64,000 bases of DNA from Eledone cirrhosa (lineage: Eukaryota): positions 9,796,001-9,860,000 of the forward strand of contig OZ024748.1 of assembly GCA_964016885.1 (NCBI GenBank). The letters run 5' to 3'. Below, one piece after another: positions 1 to 12,479 of this stretch. The notes below the pieces were generated by a model. That model saw only the letters and a list, made by a program, of their open reading frames with translations. It made no database searches and had not been told where the DNA came from. Positions within the stretch are counted from its first letter, which is position 1; each line of letters starts with the position of its first letter. A program made the position numbers and the translations under genes.

Positions 1-451
1 TATTATACCTCTTCATCTCTCGCTCTATTTTCCTTCCACAAGAACAGAGATGATTCTATATGATCTGTTCATAATAAAATACAGTTTACGGGTTTATGGC
101 TCATTCAAAGTCAACAAGTCTTTATTCAGTATCTGATGCGTTTTAAATATTAACAGATCAACCACTTGAGCACCTAGCAATCTGATGAACATGCAAGACT
201 TCCCAAGATCCAGCTCAACATGCTCTCCACCATATACACTGCCACATTATTTAATAATCCTTTCACACATTTTCCATGTACCCACTCAATGCATTTGAAA
301 ATAATAGGCAATGTATTTCACTGGAAATATGGTAACAAATGGGTCAATATTTGCTAGATAAGTTGCACCAGTAACAAAAACAATCACTTATGTACGATTA
401 TACACCAGTTTTAAATACTTAAAAATAAAACTTATTAAAAGTGAAATGGAT

Positions 452-457
452 TTTATT
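452..457 (-). terminator. Candidate polyadenylation signal AATAAA for POLR2C
   Basis: AATAAA on the minus strand about 50 nt after the stop codon; a second one lies at 121-126. Confidence 0.4.
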
Positions 458-505
458 TGTGATGATACATGAAGAAAATAATGATATACTATATGAAAGA
501 TGTGT

Positions 506-684
506 TCAAATTGTTAATGCATCTCCCTGCATCTCTTGACTGAGTTGTGTCTGTAAGTCACTCAGCTTCTTCTTTAAGACTGCAATGGCAGATAAAACAA
601 TGTTTTCTGGTCGCAATGAAGCACACGATTCCACATTAAAGTAGAATTTATTTGGTCTGCCTGAGGGGTCAAACGGGGCTTGTG
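506..684 (-). CDS. POLR2C: RPB3 exon 8, terminal ([58 protein letters not shown])
   Basis: Matches the RPB3 C-terminus; TGA stop at 508-506. Confidence 0.96.
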
Positions 685-888
685 CTGAAGAGAAAAATAT
701 GATGAAACAAATATATGATTTAGAATTGAGACAGATACAGAAATAATTGAATTGAATTTGTCATTATTTCAGTTGTATGTATGTATGTCTTCATTGAGAT
801 TATAAATAATTACACAATTAACAGGTTATTCAACAAAGGAAATACTTCAGACATTTAGAGCTGTTCATGTATTTTACATTTAACAAAG

Positions 889-1128
889 TCCCTTTCATTA
901 CCATATTTCTAATGAAACATTGCTTATCATTTTCAAATAATTTTGAAAATAATCAAGAATTTGAAAAGATATAACTTTCATATTAAACTGGTGTTTGGAG
1001 CATAACTCAACAAAGGTTCTTATATAAAATTATGATCGAAAGTTTTCAGATAAATATAAACATTTCAAGACAGTTCAGTATCATAGAATGAGGAGCAGCT
1101 TAAGACAGGTTGGTATGAAAAGGGTTAA
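889..1128. mobile_element. Putative piggyBac-like MITE
   Basis: Ends CCCTTTCATTACCA... and ...TGGTATGAAAAGGG-TTAA; related ends near 322-348 and 56600-56635. Confidence 0.4.
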
Positions 1129-1930
1129 GATACTACCCAATAGCCAGTTCCTTAAGAATGAATCCTTTATTAATTTTACAGAAATAGAGAAAGATCAGTT
1201 AAATTTCCTTTTTTGTTATTGCTAGATAAAGTAAATGTTCTACTTCAGTATAATGAAGTTGAAGATGATACAAATGTAGCAACATTTATGAATGATTGTG
1301 ATCTAAAGTATCATTGAATTGATGTTCTATAGAATTATTTAATATCTTTGTCACTGATGTATATAAATATATATCAAAAATAGGTGTGTATATATTGTCG
1401 TCAATGTGCAAAGGAGTGAAGGTCTTTAGTGGGCTTGAAAAGCCATATCCAAGCGTCACACATGTGAATCTGACAAGCGATTGCAATACTCTTAGAATGA
1501 GTTTGCAGCCATCATATACATAAATAAGAGATGTGAGTATGTGTATGTATATATATATATATATGTGTGTGTAAAAAAAAGTGAGTGTATGTGTGTATAT
1601 ACATATATATATATATAGACACATACAAATAAAATCACAGTTTAATGTTTCTGAAGACGGCCGATTGAACAAGCATTCCAAGACTAGAAATAGCTAATAA
1701 CTTAATCACTACCATGCTAGTCGATACATTGATCTCCGTCGATCAATCAACCCTCTGAAACGATTGTAATACAATGAACTAACTAAGAACCTACACCTGA
1801 TTTTTGTTTTGTTTTCATTGTTCTATGCACAAACACACATATATATCATCATTGTTTAATGTCTATCTTTCATGATAGCATGGGTTAGACAATATATATA
1901 TATATATATACAACAGTATATAGTACTTAC

Positions 1931-1971
1931 AGGGATCATCTGTTTCAAGCTCACTGTATTCACTTCGAGGC
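1931..1971 (-). CDS. POLR2C: RPB3 exon 7 (WPRSEYSELETDDP)
   Basis: AG/GT boundaries, phase consistent, WPxSEYSEL motif. Confidence 0.92.
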
Positions 1972-2052
1972 CTGAAACAATAAGAGAACAAACATCAAAA
2001 TACTTATTTAAAAAATAATAATTTTTATTGATACAGGAGTATGTATCGAAAG

Positions 2053-2211
2053 TGTCACACTGCAGGATGTCATAATATCCAGTTGGGTGCTCAACTGACC
2101 AGACAGTCGAAGATACGGTGTCCTAACTGTCACACTGCAGGACGTCATAATATCCAGTTGGGTACTCAACTGATCAGACAGTCGAAGATATGGTATCCTA
2201 ACTGTCACACT
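2053..2211. repeat. 75-bp tandem duplication in POLR2C intron 6
   Basis: Units start at 2053 and 2128, with a partial unit at 2203. Confidence 0.88.
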
Positions 2212-2439
2212 AAACTATGAACAATGACCATTGAATGTCTGTGACAGACTGTATGTGTTCTAAGAGAATTGGGTGCTATTTCTAACAGGTCTGATGACTA
2301 ATTACCAGCTTATTAGTTGGTATGAGTGTCTTTTGTTTCAATTGAGTCACAAAATTGTGTTAGAAAATTTTAATTCAATTAAGAACCCCCTTTAAAATCA
2401 GTTTGGGGCATATTAGCAAAAAAAAAGGTTAAACTTTAC

Positions 2440-2608
2440 CATTCCTCAGGTTTCGGAAGCAGAGTATGGCGGAAAGAGTTGTCAGGATCATATTCAAAGG
2501 CAACTCCACAGGTTGGGTTCCATTTAGCATGTTCCTTGGCAAAACCTTTACGAGCAAAAGCCCGTAGCTTTAGTTCTTGTCCTTTACGGAGTTTCACAAT
2601 CAGAATAT
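2440..2608 (-). CDS. POLR2C: RPB3 exon 6 ([55 protein letters not shown])
   Basis: Highly conserved KLRKGQEL and KEHAKW motifs; AG/GT boundaries. Confidence 0.96.
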
Positions 2609-2998
2609 CTGTAAAATAAAAGGGGGATAGTGCACAACAATCATTGAGTGGAGCTTCTAATAGTCACAGAGTATAATACTGGTACTTTATTTCATCAACC
2701 CTGTAAGGATGAAAAGACAAAGCTAACCTCCTAAAGAACAGTAACCAAATAATTTTATCTGCTCATCTAACAATTCAATGACAGAATAATAATATTACTT
2801 AAGAAAAACATTCTAAAATGTGTTATTTTCTATCATAAATCCAAGACAGTTTCATATGAAAAGGTTTAAGACAGTCAGGTGTGGTTTCTAGAAGATTTGG
2901 ATGTTGTACATAGGAAAATCAGTACCTTTACTTTTGGGACACTCTTTGTATACACGTGTATACATTCACATATATATACATATACATTACGTATGCAC

Positions 2999-3031
<33 letters not shown>

Positions 3032-3573
3032 CACTATGTGTGTATGTTGACTTTGCCTTTCATCCTTACGGGGTCGATAAAATAAAGTACCAGTAATGCA
3101 CTGGGTAATTGCTGGCCTTGTGCCTAAAGTAGAAACAATTATGTGTGTATACATTCACATATATATATACATCATTATTTAGTTCAGCGGTCAATTGGCA
3201 GTATCGGTAAAGGATCGGACGCCATGCTTTCCAGCATAGTTATGTCCCTTCGAGGTTAACTTTGCCTTTCATCCTTACGGGGTCGATAAAATAAAGTACC
3301 AGTGATGCACTGGGTATTTGCTGGCCTTGTGCCAAAAGTAGAAACAATTATTTAGTTCAGCCTTGTAACTTCTGAGTTCAAATTCTATTGAAATCAACTT
3401 TCATCCTTACGGGGTCAATAAAATAAAGTACTAGTAAAATATTGGGGTTTATCTAGTGTTAGAAACAATTATTGGTTCAAGCTGGAAGGATGATGAATTG
3501 TTAGAATGTTGGACAAATACTTAGCATTATTTGGTGTGACTCTTTCCATTCCGAGTTCAAAAGCTGGACTTAC

Positions 3574-3622
3574 CATCTGTCTCTTCATATTCACTTGCTT
3601 CTTCACGATGTTTCGAAGTTAC
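3574..3622 (-). CDS. POLR2C: RPB3 exon 5 (VTSKHREEASEYEETD)
   Basis: AG/GT boundaries, phase consistent, lies inside ORF 3557..3757. Confidence 0.92.
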
Positions 3623-4117
3623 CTGCAAATACACAGACATTAAATGATGATGTATACATACATTCATATATAGTAATGTGGATACATGTAAATCTTTGTT
3701 TATCTTGACATTCAATCCATACAGACAGGGATATTTGTTTACATACTGCATAAACACAGGTCTCAGCTGATAAGTAATTAGATGGGCAAAAATTTAAGAC
3801 AACAAAGGGCTTCTCACTCAGAGTGAAGGATAGACTGTATGATGCCTGTATGTGAACTACAATGGTACATGGCAGTGAAACATGGGCCTTAAGTGCCTTA
3901 ATTTCTCTCCTGCAAAGGCCGGAGAGAAATTAAGCAAGTATGCTTCGATGGATGTGTAATGTTAGTGTGCATGAACAACATAGCATAAGAGGAATTGGAT
4001 GTAATGTGCAAGAGAGACGATTGCGTTGGTATGGAAATATATATATACGATTAACAGTTAATTTGTATATGTTGATGTATGGTTGGTCTCTGGTATGGTC
4101 TAGGAGGTAATACTGAC

Positions 4118-4246
4118 CGGTAAAACTTTGGGGTTTTTACTCATCAAATCTGCTGTGGTTACATGTCTTGTTTGGTCATCGAGACATTTAACGTCCAGGG
4201 AAAACTCCACGGCACAGTCGGTACAGAAGTCTTCACATGAACAATC
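4118..4246 (-). CDS. POLR2C: RPB3 exon 4, zinc loop ([21 protein letters not shown]...PKVLP)
   Basis: CxCxxxCxxC zinc-binding motif; lies inside ORF 4100..4399; AG/GT boundaries. Confidence 0.95.
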
Positions 4247-4421
4247 CTGAAGAATACAACGGAAGATGGGAGAGAGAGACATGAACAGTCCTGAAGAATA
4301 CAACACAGAAGATGAGAGAGAGGATGAACAATCCTGAAGAATACAACAAACACAGAAGATGAGAGAGAGATGAACAATCCTGAAGAATACATCACACAAG
4401 ATGAGAGAGAGCGGTACCTAG

Positions 4422-4640
4422 AAATGACAACGTGGCAGTAAAAGAGGACAAAAAAGATTGAAAAATATCAAAATTTAAAACATAAAATAATGTGAGTTTG
4501 GGAATAAAATAGGGTGGAGGTGATTGCAGTGGTTGTTGGAGCTGTTGGCGTTGTGATAAAGATGATGCAAAGAGTATGATGAGAAACTGTAGGACCCTTG
4601 ATCATTTGATATGACCAAGGGTCCTACAGGGTAAATTTAA
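4422..4640 (+). mobile_element. Restriction-like endonuclease LINE remnant (R4/Dong/HERO-like)
   Basis: Translation KEDKKIEKYQNLK...VEVIAVVVGAVG with stops. Confidence 0.6.
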
Positions 4641-4689
4641 TGATAGAAGATCAGTCTGAATATGAAGAAATAATAAAAATAATACTCAC

Positions 4690-4811
4690 TCTGGAATATA
4701 CCATTTTATCAACGACTTCATCACTAGTGAGAGGAATAAGACCGATACGATGTGATATAAACTCATCAAATAGAACAGATGAGTTAGCTTCCATCTGAAC
4801 CCAGTCAATGG
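4690..4811 (-). CDS. POLR2C: RPB3 exon 3 ([41 protein letters not shown])
   Basis: AG/GT boundaries; RNA polymerase alpha-like signature NSSVLxDEFIxHRxGLIP. Confidence 0.96.
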
Positions 4812-5610
4812 CTAAAAAAATATAAACAGATGAGTTAGCTTCTATCTAGACCCAGTCAATGGCTAACAAAACAAAAACTTTGTTTGTAATAGATGTACAA
4901 GAGTGTTAGTGATATACACCTTTCTTCAATCCCAGGTAGAATCCATAGAAGTGGTTGATAGTTTCTGTAAAATGATGATAATGATTGATACAAGGCAACA
5001 AATCTATTGAGAAAAGAGTACAGTTAATTGAAGCTCAGCATATAACTGGTATAGATTTTATATATCACGTAAACATGGAAGTTTAATGTTAACCCCTGTG
5101 GGAATATTAAAGAGACATAACTAGATGGTACATAGTCTGGCATCTGTCATTCACAGCCCTTAATGTAATGACTTCTAGCATAGGTAGAAAGCCAGAGATT
5201 TAGGGAGAGGTGTTATTTCATTTAATCAACCCCAGTATATGACTGCTAATTTAATGTGTCGAAAGGATGAAAGGTAAAGTTGAGCTTGTTTGGATTTGAA
5301 CTCAGATAAAAAAAAGAAGAGCCGCAATAATGGTACAAGGCTATCAATTTTCTTGAGAGGTGGGAAAGTTTATATTGACCCCAGAAGGAAGAAAGTCCAA
5401 GTTGACTATGTAAAGAGTTGGTAGAATTTACAGTAAAACTGTAACAATGATGCCAATCCACTGCCCAAATAATTCCTAGAATAGGTACTTTACCAAACGT
5501 GTCATTCCTTTATATATGGTTGCTATTTCTAGAGAGTCAAGAAACCACACAGAGCTGAAAACAAATGTTAGAAAAGAATTATGATGAAGAAACTGTTTGT
5601 GATAACTCAC

Positions 5611-5660
5611 CCATTGTAGGTACTTCAGCTATACAAACTCTTCTCAAGGCATTAGCAGAG
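5611..5660 (-). CDS. POLR2C: RPB3 exon 2 (SANALRRVCIAEVPTM)
   Basis: AG/GT boundaries, phase consistent, conserved ANxxRRxxIAEVP motif. Confidence 0.95.
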
Positions 5661-5822
5661 CTAAACATAGCAGAAGATGAGAGAAATTAGTTACAATGTG
5701 TACAATGGATGGTTAAATGATGAAGATGATGATGATGATGATGATGCTGACGATATTGGTGATTATATTAGTGTGTGTATATATCACAAATACAATCATT
5801 TATATATCACATCATATATATT

Positions 5823-7018
5823 CAATTCTGTGCCACACAAAAGACTTATGGCAAAACTCTGCAATGGGTGTGAAGGATGATCTTTTTAACTGGTTGAAGT
5901 CCTTCATTCTCAGTTGAATAGAGGTAGTCACGGTTCTAGGACAGCATTCTTCACCATATGAGATGTCATCTGGTGTACCACAGGGATTTGTTCTTGGCCC
6001 CCTTTTGTTTGTGGCATATATTAATGACATAGATGCCAATTTAAAGAATGCCATAGTACTGAAATATGCAGATGACATCAAGCTGTACCTTGAGATAAAA
6101 AGGACAGATCCTGAACACTATAGATCTTGCCTGCAATCTGACCTGGACACAATGCACAATGGATCACAGACTGGCAACTCAAGCTAGCGGTGGACATGTG
6201 TACCAGCATGCATTTTGGGAATAAAAACCCAGCGTCCACATACTCCCTCCACAATACTAATATCAAGAAGTCTTCTTGTGAACGTGACCTGGGCATTACG
6301 GTCAGCAGCGATTTGCGTTGGACGAAGCACGTCTCTAAAATTGTCAAGAAGGCCGAGGGTGTCTTAGCCTCACTCAGCAAGACCTTTGTCAGCCGCTCTC
6401 CAGCTATCTATTTAAAGCTGTATATAGCTATGGTGCGGCCACACTTAGAATTTGCATCACCAGTGTGAAACCCCTATCTTGCTCAGAACATTGACCGCCT
6501 GGAAACTGTTCAGAGACGTGCAACCAAGCGAATACCATCCATCAGGCATCTTACCATACTCTGAGCGCCTTGCTTCCCTGGGCATGGATACATTGAAGCT
6601 CCGACGTCTGGCAACTGACTTGGTAAACACCCACAAAATTATTAACCATCTTGCCAACAACAATCCTGAGTACCTTTTTGATCTCCATGTGTCTAACACA
6701 CGGGGGCATGCCCACAAAGTCAGAAAACAGCACAGCTCCCATGACTTTCGGAAACATTTTTTCACGCTCAGAGTTGCTGAAGCATGGAACAAACTACCTG
6801 CATCAGTTATTAGCTGTCGAAACACTGCATCCTTTAAAACCTCCATGCTTCCTGAGATTCGACAACACTACACCTAATATTCCCCCTCCATACACATACA
6901 CACATGTATATCATGACTCATACACTATTCACTTCCCTGACATTTGTATATTATTCTATGTACCTTTGACGAGTTGTAGTGCACCTGAGCATTTTACACA
7001 ATAATTTCATTATTATTA
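5823..7018 (+). mobile_element. 5'-truncated CR1/L2-type LINE (frameshifted RT) in POLR2C intron 1
   Basis: SGVPQGFVLGPLLF, YADDIKL, ERDLGI, VRPHLEFASPV and WNKLP motifs; (ATT)n tail. Confidence 0.9.
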
Positions 7019-7193
7019 TATGTATGTGTGTCTATATAGCACCTATGTATAATATGAAGTCCATATGTAACTGGCTTTGATATTGAGTTCTTTCTACTTT
7101 ACAGATGTACACCCAGTTACAGTATATACACTCACACGAATATGTACATACATATATAATAAAGGATGGATATTATATTCATCTTACAAGAAT

Positions 7194-7575
7194 GGAGGCA
7201 CATAGCTTAGTGGTTAGAGCATTGGACTTGCAATCGAATGGTTGTTAGTTCAATTCTCAGACCGGGTGATGTGTTGTTTCCTTGAGCAAGACACTTTATT
7301 TCACATTGCTCCAGTTTACTCAGCTGTAGAAATGAGATGATAGGACTGGGGTCCCTATCATTCCACTGCAAAGTGGTCGTGGAGGTGCCACGGCAAAAAA
7401 AGTACCCAGCCCACAATGTAAAGTGGACGTGGAGGCGCCACGGCAAAAAAGCACCCAACACTCACTGTAAATGAGGTTGGTGTTAGGAAGGGCATCCAGC
7501 TGTAGAAATCAAGCCAGAATCAGTTCCCATCCCACCCTTGCAAGCAGGGAAAAGCGGACGTATGATGATGATGAC
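7194..7575 (+). mobile_element. tRNA-derived SINE, family B
   Basis: A-box TAGCTTAGTGG, B-box GTTCAATTC, core CCTTGAGCAAGACACTTT and (ATG)n tail. Copies at 11875-12170 (-), 34980-35300 (-), 36155-36425 (+), 16475-16675 (+) and 37255-37430 (+). Confidence 0.8.
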
Positions 7576-8494
7576 GAAGAATACAAATGTCGAAAAACCT
7601 CAATTGTTTGATTTTTTATTCCTGATTATGGAACTACGGAGAGCTTAAAACTTTGTGGACATAATTTTCTTCATCTCAACTTTTCTCCTTGTATTATATA
7701 TATATATATATATAAACAAGATTCATCACTTACCCATATAAAGAAAATTTAAACATTATTTCAGTATTGAGTACTCTTTCTCACATCCATCAACATCACA
7801 CGGATATGTGTGTGTGTGTAAATGTGTTCAGTTGACTCCAGATATATATGCGTGTGTGTCTGTATGCAGTTGACTCCAGATATATTCACTTCAACTGTGT
7901 TTTGTATGTTTTATCTTAGTATCATCATCATTTACCGTTCATTTCCCAGCAAGAGTTGGACGGGTCTGTACTGAAGCAGGGCTACTGACCTTGCAGTACG
8001 TGCTGTAAAGTAGTTAGCGATAGGAAAGGAATCCGGCTATAGAAAGAGTTGGGAGGATCCTTCAGCTGTGTGAAAGAGGTGACAGCCGCTCTTGTATACT
8101 CGGTGAGATCCATGGCCTATATATCTCTATCAATATATATCAGTAGCCCCGCTTCCTTACTGAATATGTTTATGTAGACTCGTCAGACCCTTGCTATCGG
8201 GGAAAACGACTTTAAAACGATGATAATGACGAAGGAAACCGCTGACAGTCAAAATAGGCAAGAATTAGCCACAAGAGAGTCTAGCTATCATTGAAAATAA
8301 AGCACAAAATAAGAAAATGAAAAACACAACAGATTCGTTTGGCATGCTTCACTTATATATATATAGTTATAGAAGAGGAATGGACCCCAGCAGGAAGAAC
8401 TACCGCGAGGTATTCTATCCTACGTTCTAACAATTCTACTACTTCACCACCTTCCATTTCATATATAGAAGCATTAGAAAGGTGTTTAGTTTAC

Positions 8495-8580
8495 CTGAGA
8501 TCTGTGTCTTCCAAAATAAATTTGATATTTTCATCAGTAAGCTGTGAAATATTCACAACTGGGCGATTGGCGTACGGCAT
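8495..8580 (-). CDS. POLR2C: RNA polymerase II subunit RPB3, coding exon 1 ([28 protein letters not shown])
   Basis: Manual translation matches the RPB3 N-terminus. ATG at 8580-8578, GT donor at 8494-8493. The eight exons sum to 825 nt in frame. Confidence 0.95.
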
Positions 8581-8819
8581 GTATTTATATTTAGGTTAGA
8601 AATACAGGGAATAGAATGAAGATTAAGGTGGGGTTTCATGTGTTGAAGTTAAAATAATACTGTATTGTAGATTAGATTTACACTAAAGACAAACATAAAC
8701 GACCATTATTTCACGTTAGTCACCAGACGAATAATTCATCGAATGAGTGAGTGGAGTTTGTCATTCTAGATATAGGAAATTATAATTTTATTTATAATAA
8801 ATATTAAACTCTACGAATG

Positions 8820-8910
8820 TATTGAGTCAACGAACTGCCGCCGACCGACAGTGTTGGAGACGATTGAGTGACTTATGTTGCCGACGGAACCAGCCGAATT
8901 AAGAGCCTAT
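8820..8910 (-). promoter_or_regulatory. Putative POLR2C promoter / 5' region
   Basis: Locally CpG-richer unique sequence about 250-330 nt upstream of the ATG, bounded by (TA)n and SINEs. The TSS cannot be determined. Confidence 0.3.
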
Positions 8911-9154
8911 ATATGTATATATATATATAATTGTTTCTACTTTAGGCACAAGGCCAGCAACTTATCCAGTGTATTACTGATACTTTATTTTATCGACCCT
9001 GTAAGGATGAAAGGCAAAGTTATATAATAATAATAATAATTGTTTCTACTTTTGGCACAAGGCCCGCAGTTATACCAGTGTATTACTGGTACTTTATTTT
9101 ATCGACCCCGTACGGATGAAAGGCAAATTTAACCTCGGCGGTAGATATCGCCGA

Positions 9155-9187
<33 letters not shown>

Positions 9188-10331
9188 TATATATTAATTA
9201 ATTTTTATATATTCTGGTACATATGCTTTTGGTTATGTGTATACGTGAGTTTTGCGTCTGTGTGAGTATGCGGGTTCGTACGTATGTAGGGTGTGTGTAT
9301 ATGTGTACTTCGTGTTTTGGTTGACGTTCGTCTCCTAACATTTGTGTATCTACATGTAGGTATGTGTGTGCGCTTGTTATATACGTATTTATTTATTTAT
9401 ATACGTTTATTTAATTATTTGTATACACGCACACACACACATATCTATATGTGCGTGTATTTGTATACCTATGGCGAGTGTTTTCGCGTATGCTTGTGTA
9501 TGTACGTATTTGGATGCGTGTATGTATTTATTTAATTTCAATTACCTCTGTATTTTATTTACTTTATTCTTAACTCTGAAGCGGAGATTCATTCGGTTTC
9601 CTAGTTGGAATTTTAGTCTACGACTTCAGTTATACCTTTTACGTGGTTTTGTCTTTGCGTGCAATTGTTCTCTACGCTCCACACATGACGTATTATCTTC
9701 GTTTTTTCCGTTCATTGCCAGAGAACGTCTCTATGAACCACCTAAGAGAACATTAGTCTACGACTTCTTTTATACCATAAACGTGTTCTGTCTTTGCGTG
9801 TAATTGTTTTTCACTGCTCCTATTAATGACGTCTTATATTCGTTTTTTCCCGTTCTTTGCCATGGAACGTTTCCACGAACCAAAGTATCGTCTTCCTGTC
9901 TTCCTCCGGTTGCAACGTTTTTTGAAATATTCACTTCTGCGTTCACAGATTGACTTTCTTAGTTGCAGAAGATTCCGTTAAGGGTGAAAGCAGCGATTCT
10001 TTGCTTAAACTTTAATCTGTTATTTTAATAAATATTTGCTCTACGGTTCTTATATATTTGATATATATTTATCCTTATCGAGCCCTCTTTGAATTTTAGT
10101 CTTCAAATTTATTATTATTACTATTATATATATTATATATAATCCCGCTAAGGTTAACTTTGCCTTTCATCCTTACGGGGTCGATAAAATAAAGTACCAG
10201 TAATGCACTGGATAATTGCTGGCCTTGTGCCTAACGTAGAAACAATTATATATATTATATATATATATTATATATTTCGTTTCTGAATTTGTTTAGCAAG
10301 ATTCTTTATCTGAAATCGTGTGTTGAAACCG

Positions 10332-10682
10332 ATATTGTTATACTTTGGGAGGGTCATGTTGCCAATAAGAAACACACGCACCAGTTGCTTTCACTTCAAT
10401 TTATTATATATTTATAAATTTCTGGTTGGTTGGTTGAGCACACAACACACACACAGAAACAAAATGGCGTAGGACAGAACAAAGGAGAGGCACAGAAACA
10501 AAGAAAGTAATCCCCAGTCACTGAGTGTGTGACGAAAGAACTATGACTATATATAAACAACTATCTGGTTGTGGAACCAACCAACCAACCAGAAATTTAT
10601 AAATTTATAATAAGTTGAAGTGAAAGCAACTGGTGCGTGTGTTTCTTATTGGCAACATGACCCTCCCAAAGTATAACAATAT
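10332..10682. repeat. Inverted repeat (~103-bp arms, ~143-nt spacer containing a deleted hammerhead)
   Basis: Arms at 10332-10435 and 10579-10682; family fragments also at about 16060-16215, 47640-47742, 54030-54293 and 59870-59960. Confidence 0.88.
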
Positions 10683-10879
10683 ATTATATATATATATATT
10701 ATATATATATATATATATTATATATATATATATTATATATATATATTATATATATTATATATATATTATATATATTATATATATATTATATATATTATAT
10801 ATATATTATATATATATATTATATATATTATATATTATATATATATATTATATATATATATTATATATATATATATTAT

Positions 10880-11396
10880 TGGGAGTCCCTACATGGACAC
10901 ACTAGAAGAGGAAGACCAAGGTTAACATATGTTGATGCCCTAAGGACAGACACTGGTCTGTTGGAGATGCAGGACATGGCAGCGATAATGAGGGACAGAG
11001 ACTGCTGGAGATAACTCGTCCATGGATCTCGGGAATTTTACCCGCCTTAGATAGATAGATAGATATATATATTATATATATATATATATATTATATATAT
11101 CTAAGGCGGGTAAAATTCCCGAGATCCATGGACGAGTTCTCTCCAGCGGTCTCTGTCCCTCATTATTGCTGCCATGTCCTGCGTCTCCAACAGACCAGTG
11201 TCTGTCCTTAGGGCATCAAGATACGTTAACCTTGGTCTTCCTCTGTGTCTGAGACTTAGACACTGACCAATAAACTCACTCAGATGGTGGAGGGGTGCTA
11301 CACGAGAATGTTGAGGATGGCTCTGAACATTAATCAGTATACACTGAGGATGAAAAACTCAGAGCTGTATGGGAGCATCCCAAAAGTCAGCTCAAA
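10880..11396. mobile_element. RTE-like LINE 3' end duplicated tail-to-tail around (TAGA)/(TA)n, plus an upstream fragment
   Basis: 10907-11053 and 11098-11244 are reverse complements; RRGRP motif and a (TAGA)n tail; 11245-11396 encodes TLTNKLTQMVEGCYTRMLRMAL. Confidence 0.7.
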
Positions 11397-11571
11397 ATAT
11401 TATATATATATATATATTATATATATATTAAAGAGTTAAACAAGATTCAATGAGTACATCAAAGAATGAGTTTTACAGTAGATTGGAAGGACTCTACAGT
11501 AAATCATTTTCCAGAGTTATTAATATTAAAATACAAATATTAATAAAATAGATGTTCTTTTGATCAATTAA

Positions 11572-11624
11572 ATTTTATTATACATATTTCAGAGGTACAA
11601 CAGTACGTCCTCATCAGACAAAAT
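11572..11624 (-). ncRNA. Type I hammerhead ribozyme motif
   Basis: AUUUUGU-CUGAUGA-GGACGUAC uguu GUACCUCU-GAAA-UAUGUA-UA^AUAAAAU. Confidence 0.8.
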
Positions 11625-12479
11625 ATAATGATACATGAAATACCCTGAGATGTTAAATGGTTAAGATTTAATCAAGGTAGTGATTAACCTAAGAGAAAAC
11701 TCAACATTTATACCCTAATAATGAGAAAATGCGATAAACGTAATAAATTCAATAGAGAATGTATGAGTAAGAAAAACGTTGGTTAATGTGACAGTTATAG
11801 AGATTTTAAAATGTGGGATACTACAAGTTATGATTATCTAGGAAAACGTATCATGAATTATAACTGTTTATAAGGGTGGGACGGAAACTGATTCTGGCTT
11901 GATTTCTATAGCTGGATGCCCTTCCTAACACCAACCTCATTTACAGTGAGTGCTGGGTGCTTTTTTGCCGTGACACCTCCACGACCACTTTACAGTGGAA
12001 TGATAGAGACCCCAGTCCCTATCATCTCATTTCTACAGCTGAGTAAACTGGAGCAATGTGAAATAAAGTGCCTTGCTCAAGGAAACAACACATCACCCGG
12101 TCTGAGAATTGAACTCACAACCTTTCGATTGCAAGGCCAATGCTCTAACCACTAAGCCATGTACCTCCATATATACATACATATATACATACACACACAC
12201 ACACACACACATCTTATATACAGCATGTATTGGGCATTTTATACCTCTCTAGGTCTGAACACAACTGAATCCATACAGAGAAGGGAAAGAAATGAAATAA
12301 GAAAGTATAGAAGAGGAATGGAATCCAGTAGTGGACTGGTATGTTTTTTTATCGACCTTGAAAGGATGAAAGGCAAAGTTGACCTCTATGGAATTTGAAC
12401 TCAAAGAGCAGAAAGCAGGAACGAATACCACAAAGAATTTTATATATATATATATTAGCTTTCTATTTATTCTTGGCAG

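Noticed and set aside
9-55. Possible minus-strand micro-exon (AG...GT) of a neighbouring gene
   Set aside because: Only 47 nt, no recognisable homology, and at the window edge.
7194-7270. tRNA gene
   Set aside because: A and B boxes are present, but there is no convincing cloverleaf and the sequence continues into a multi-copy SINE body.
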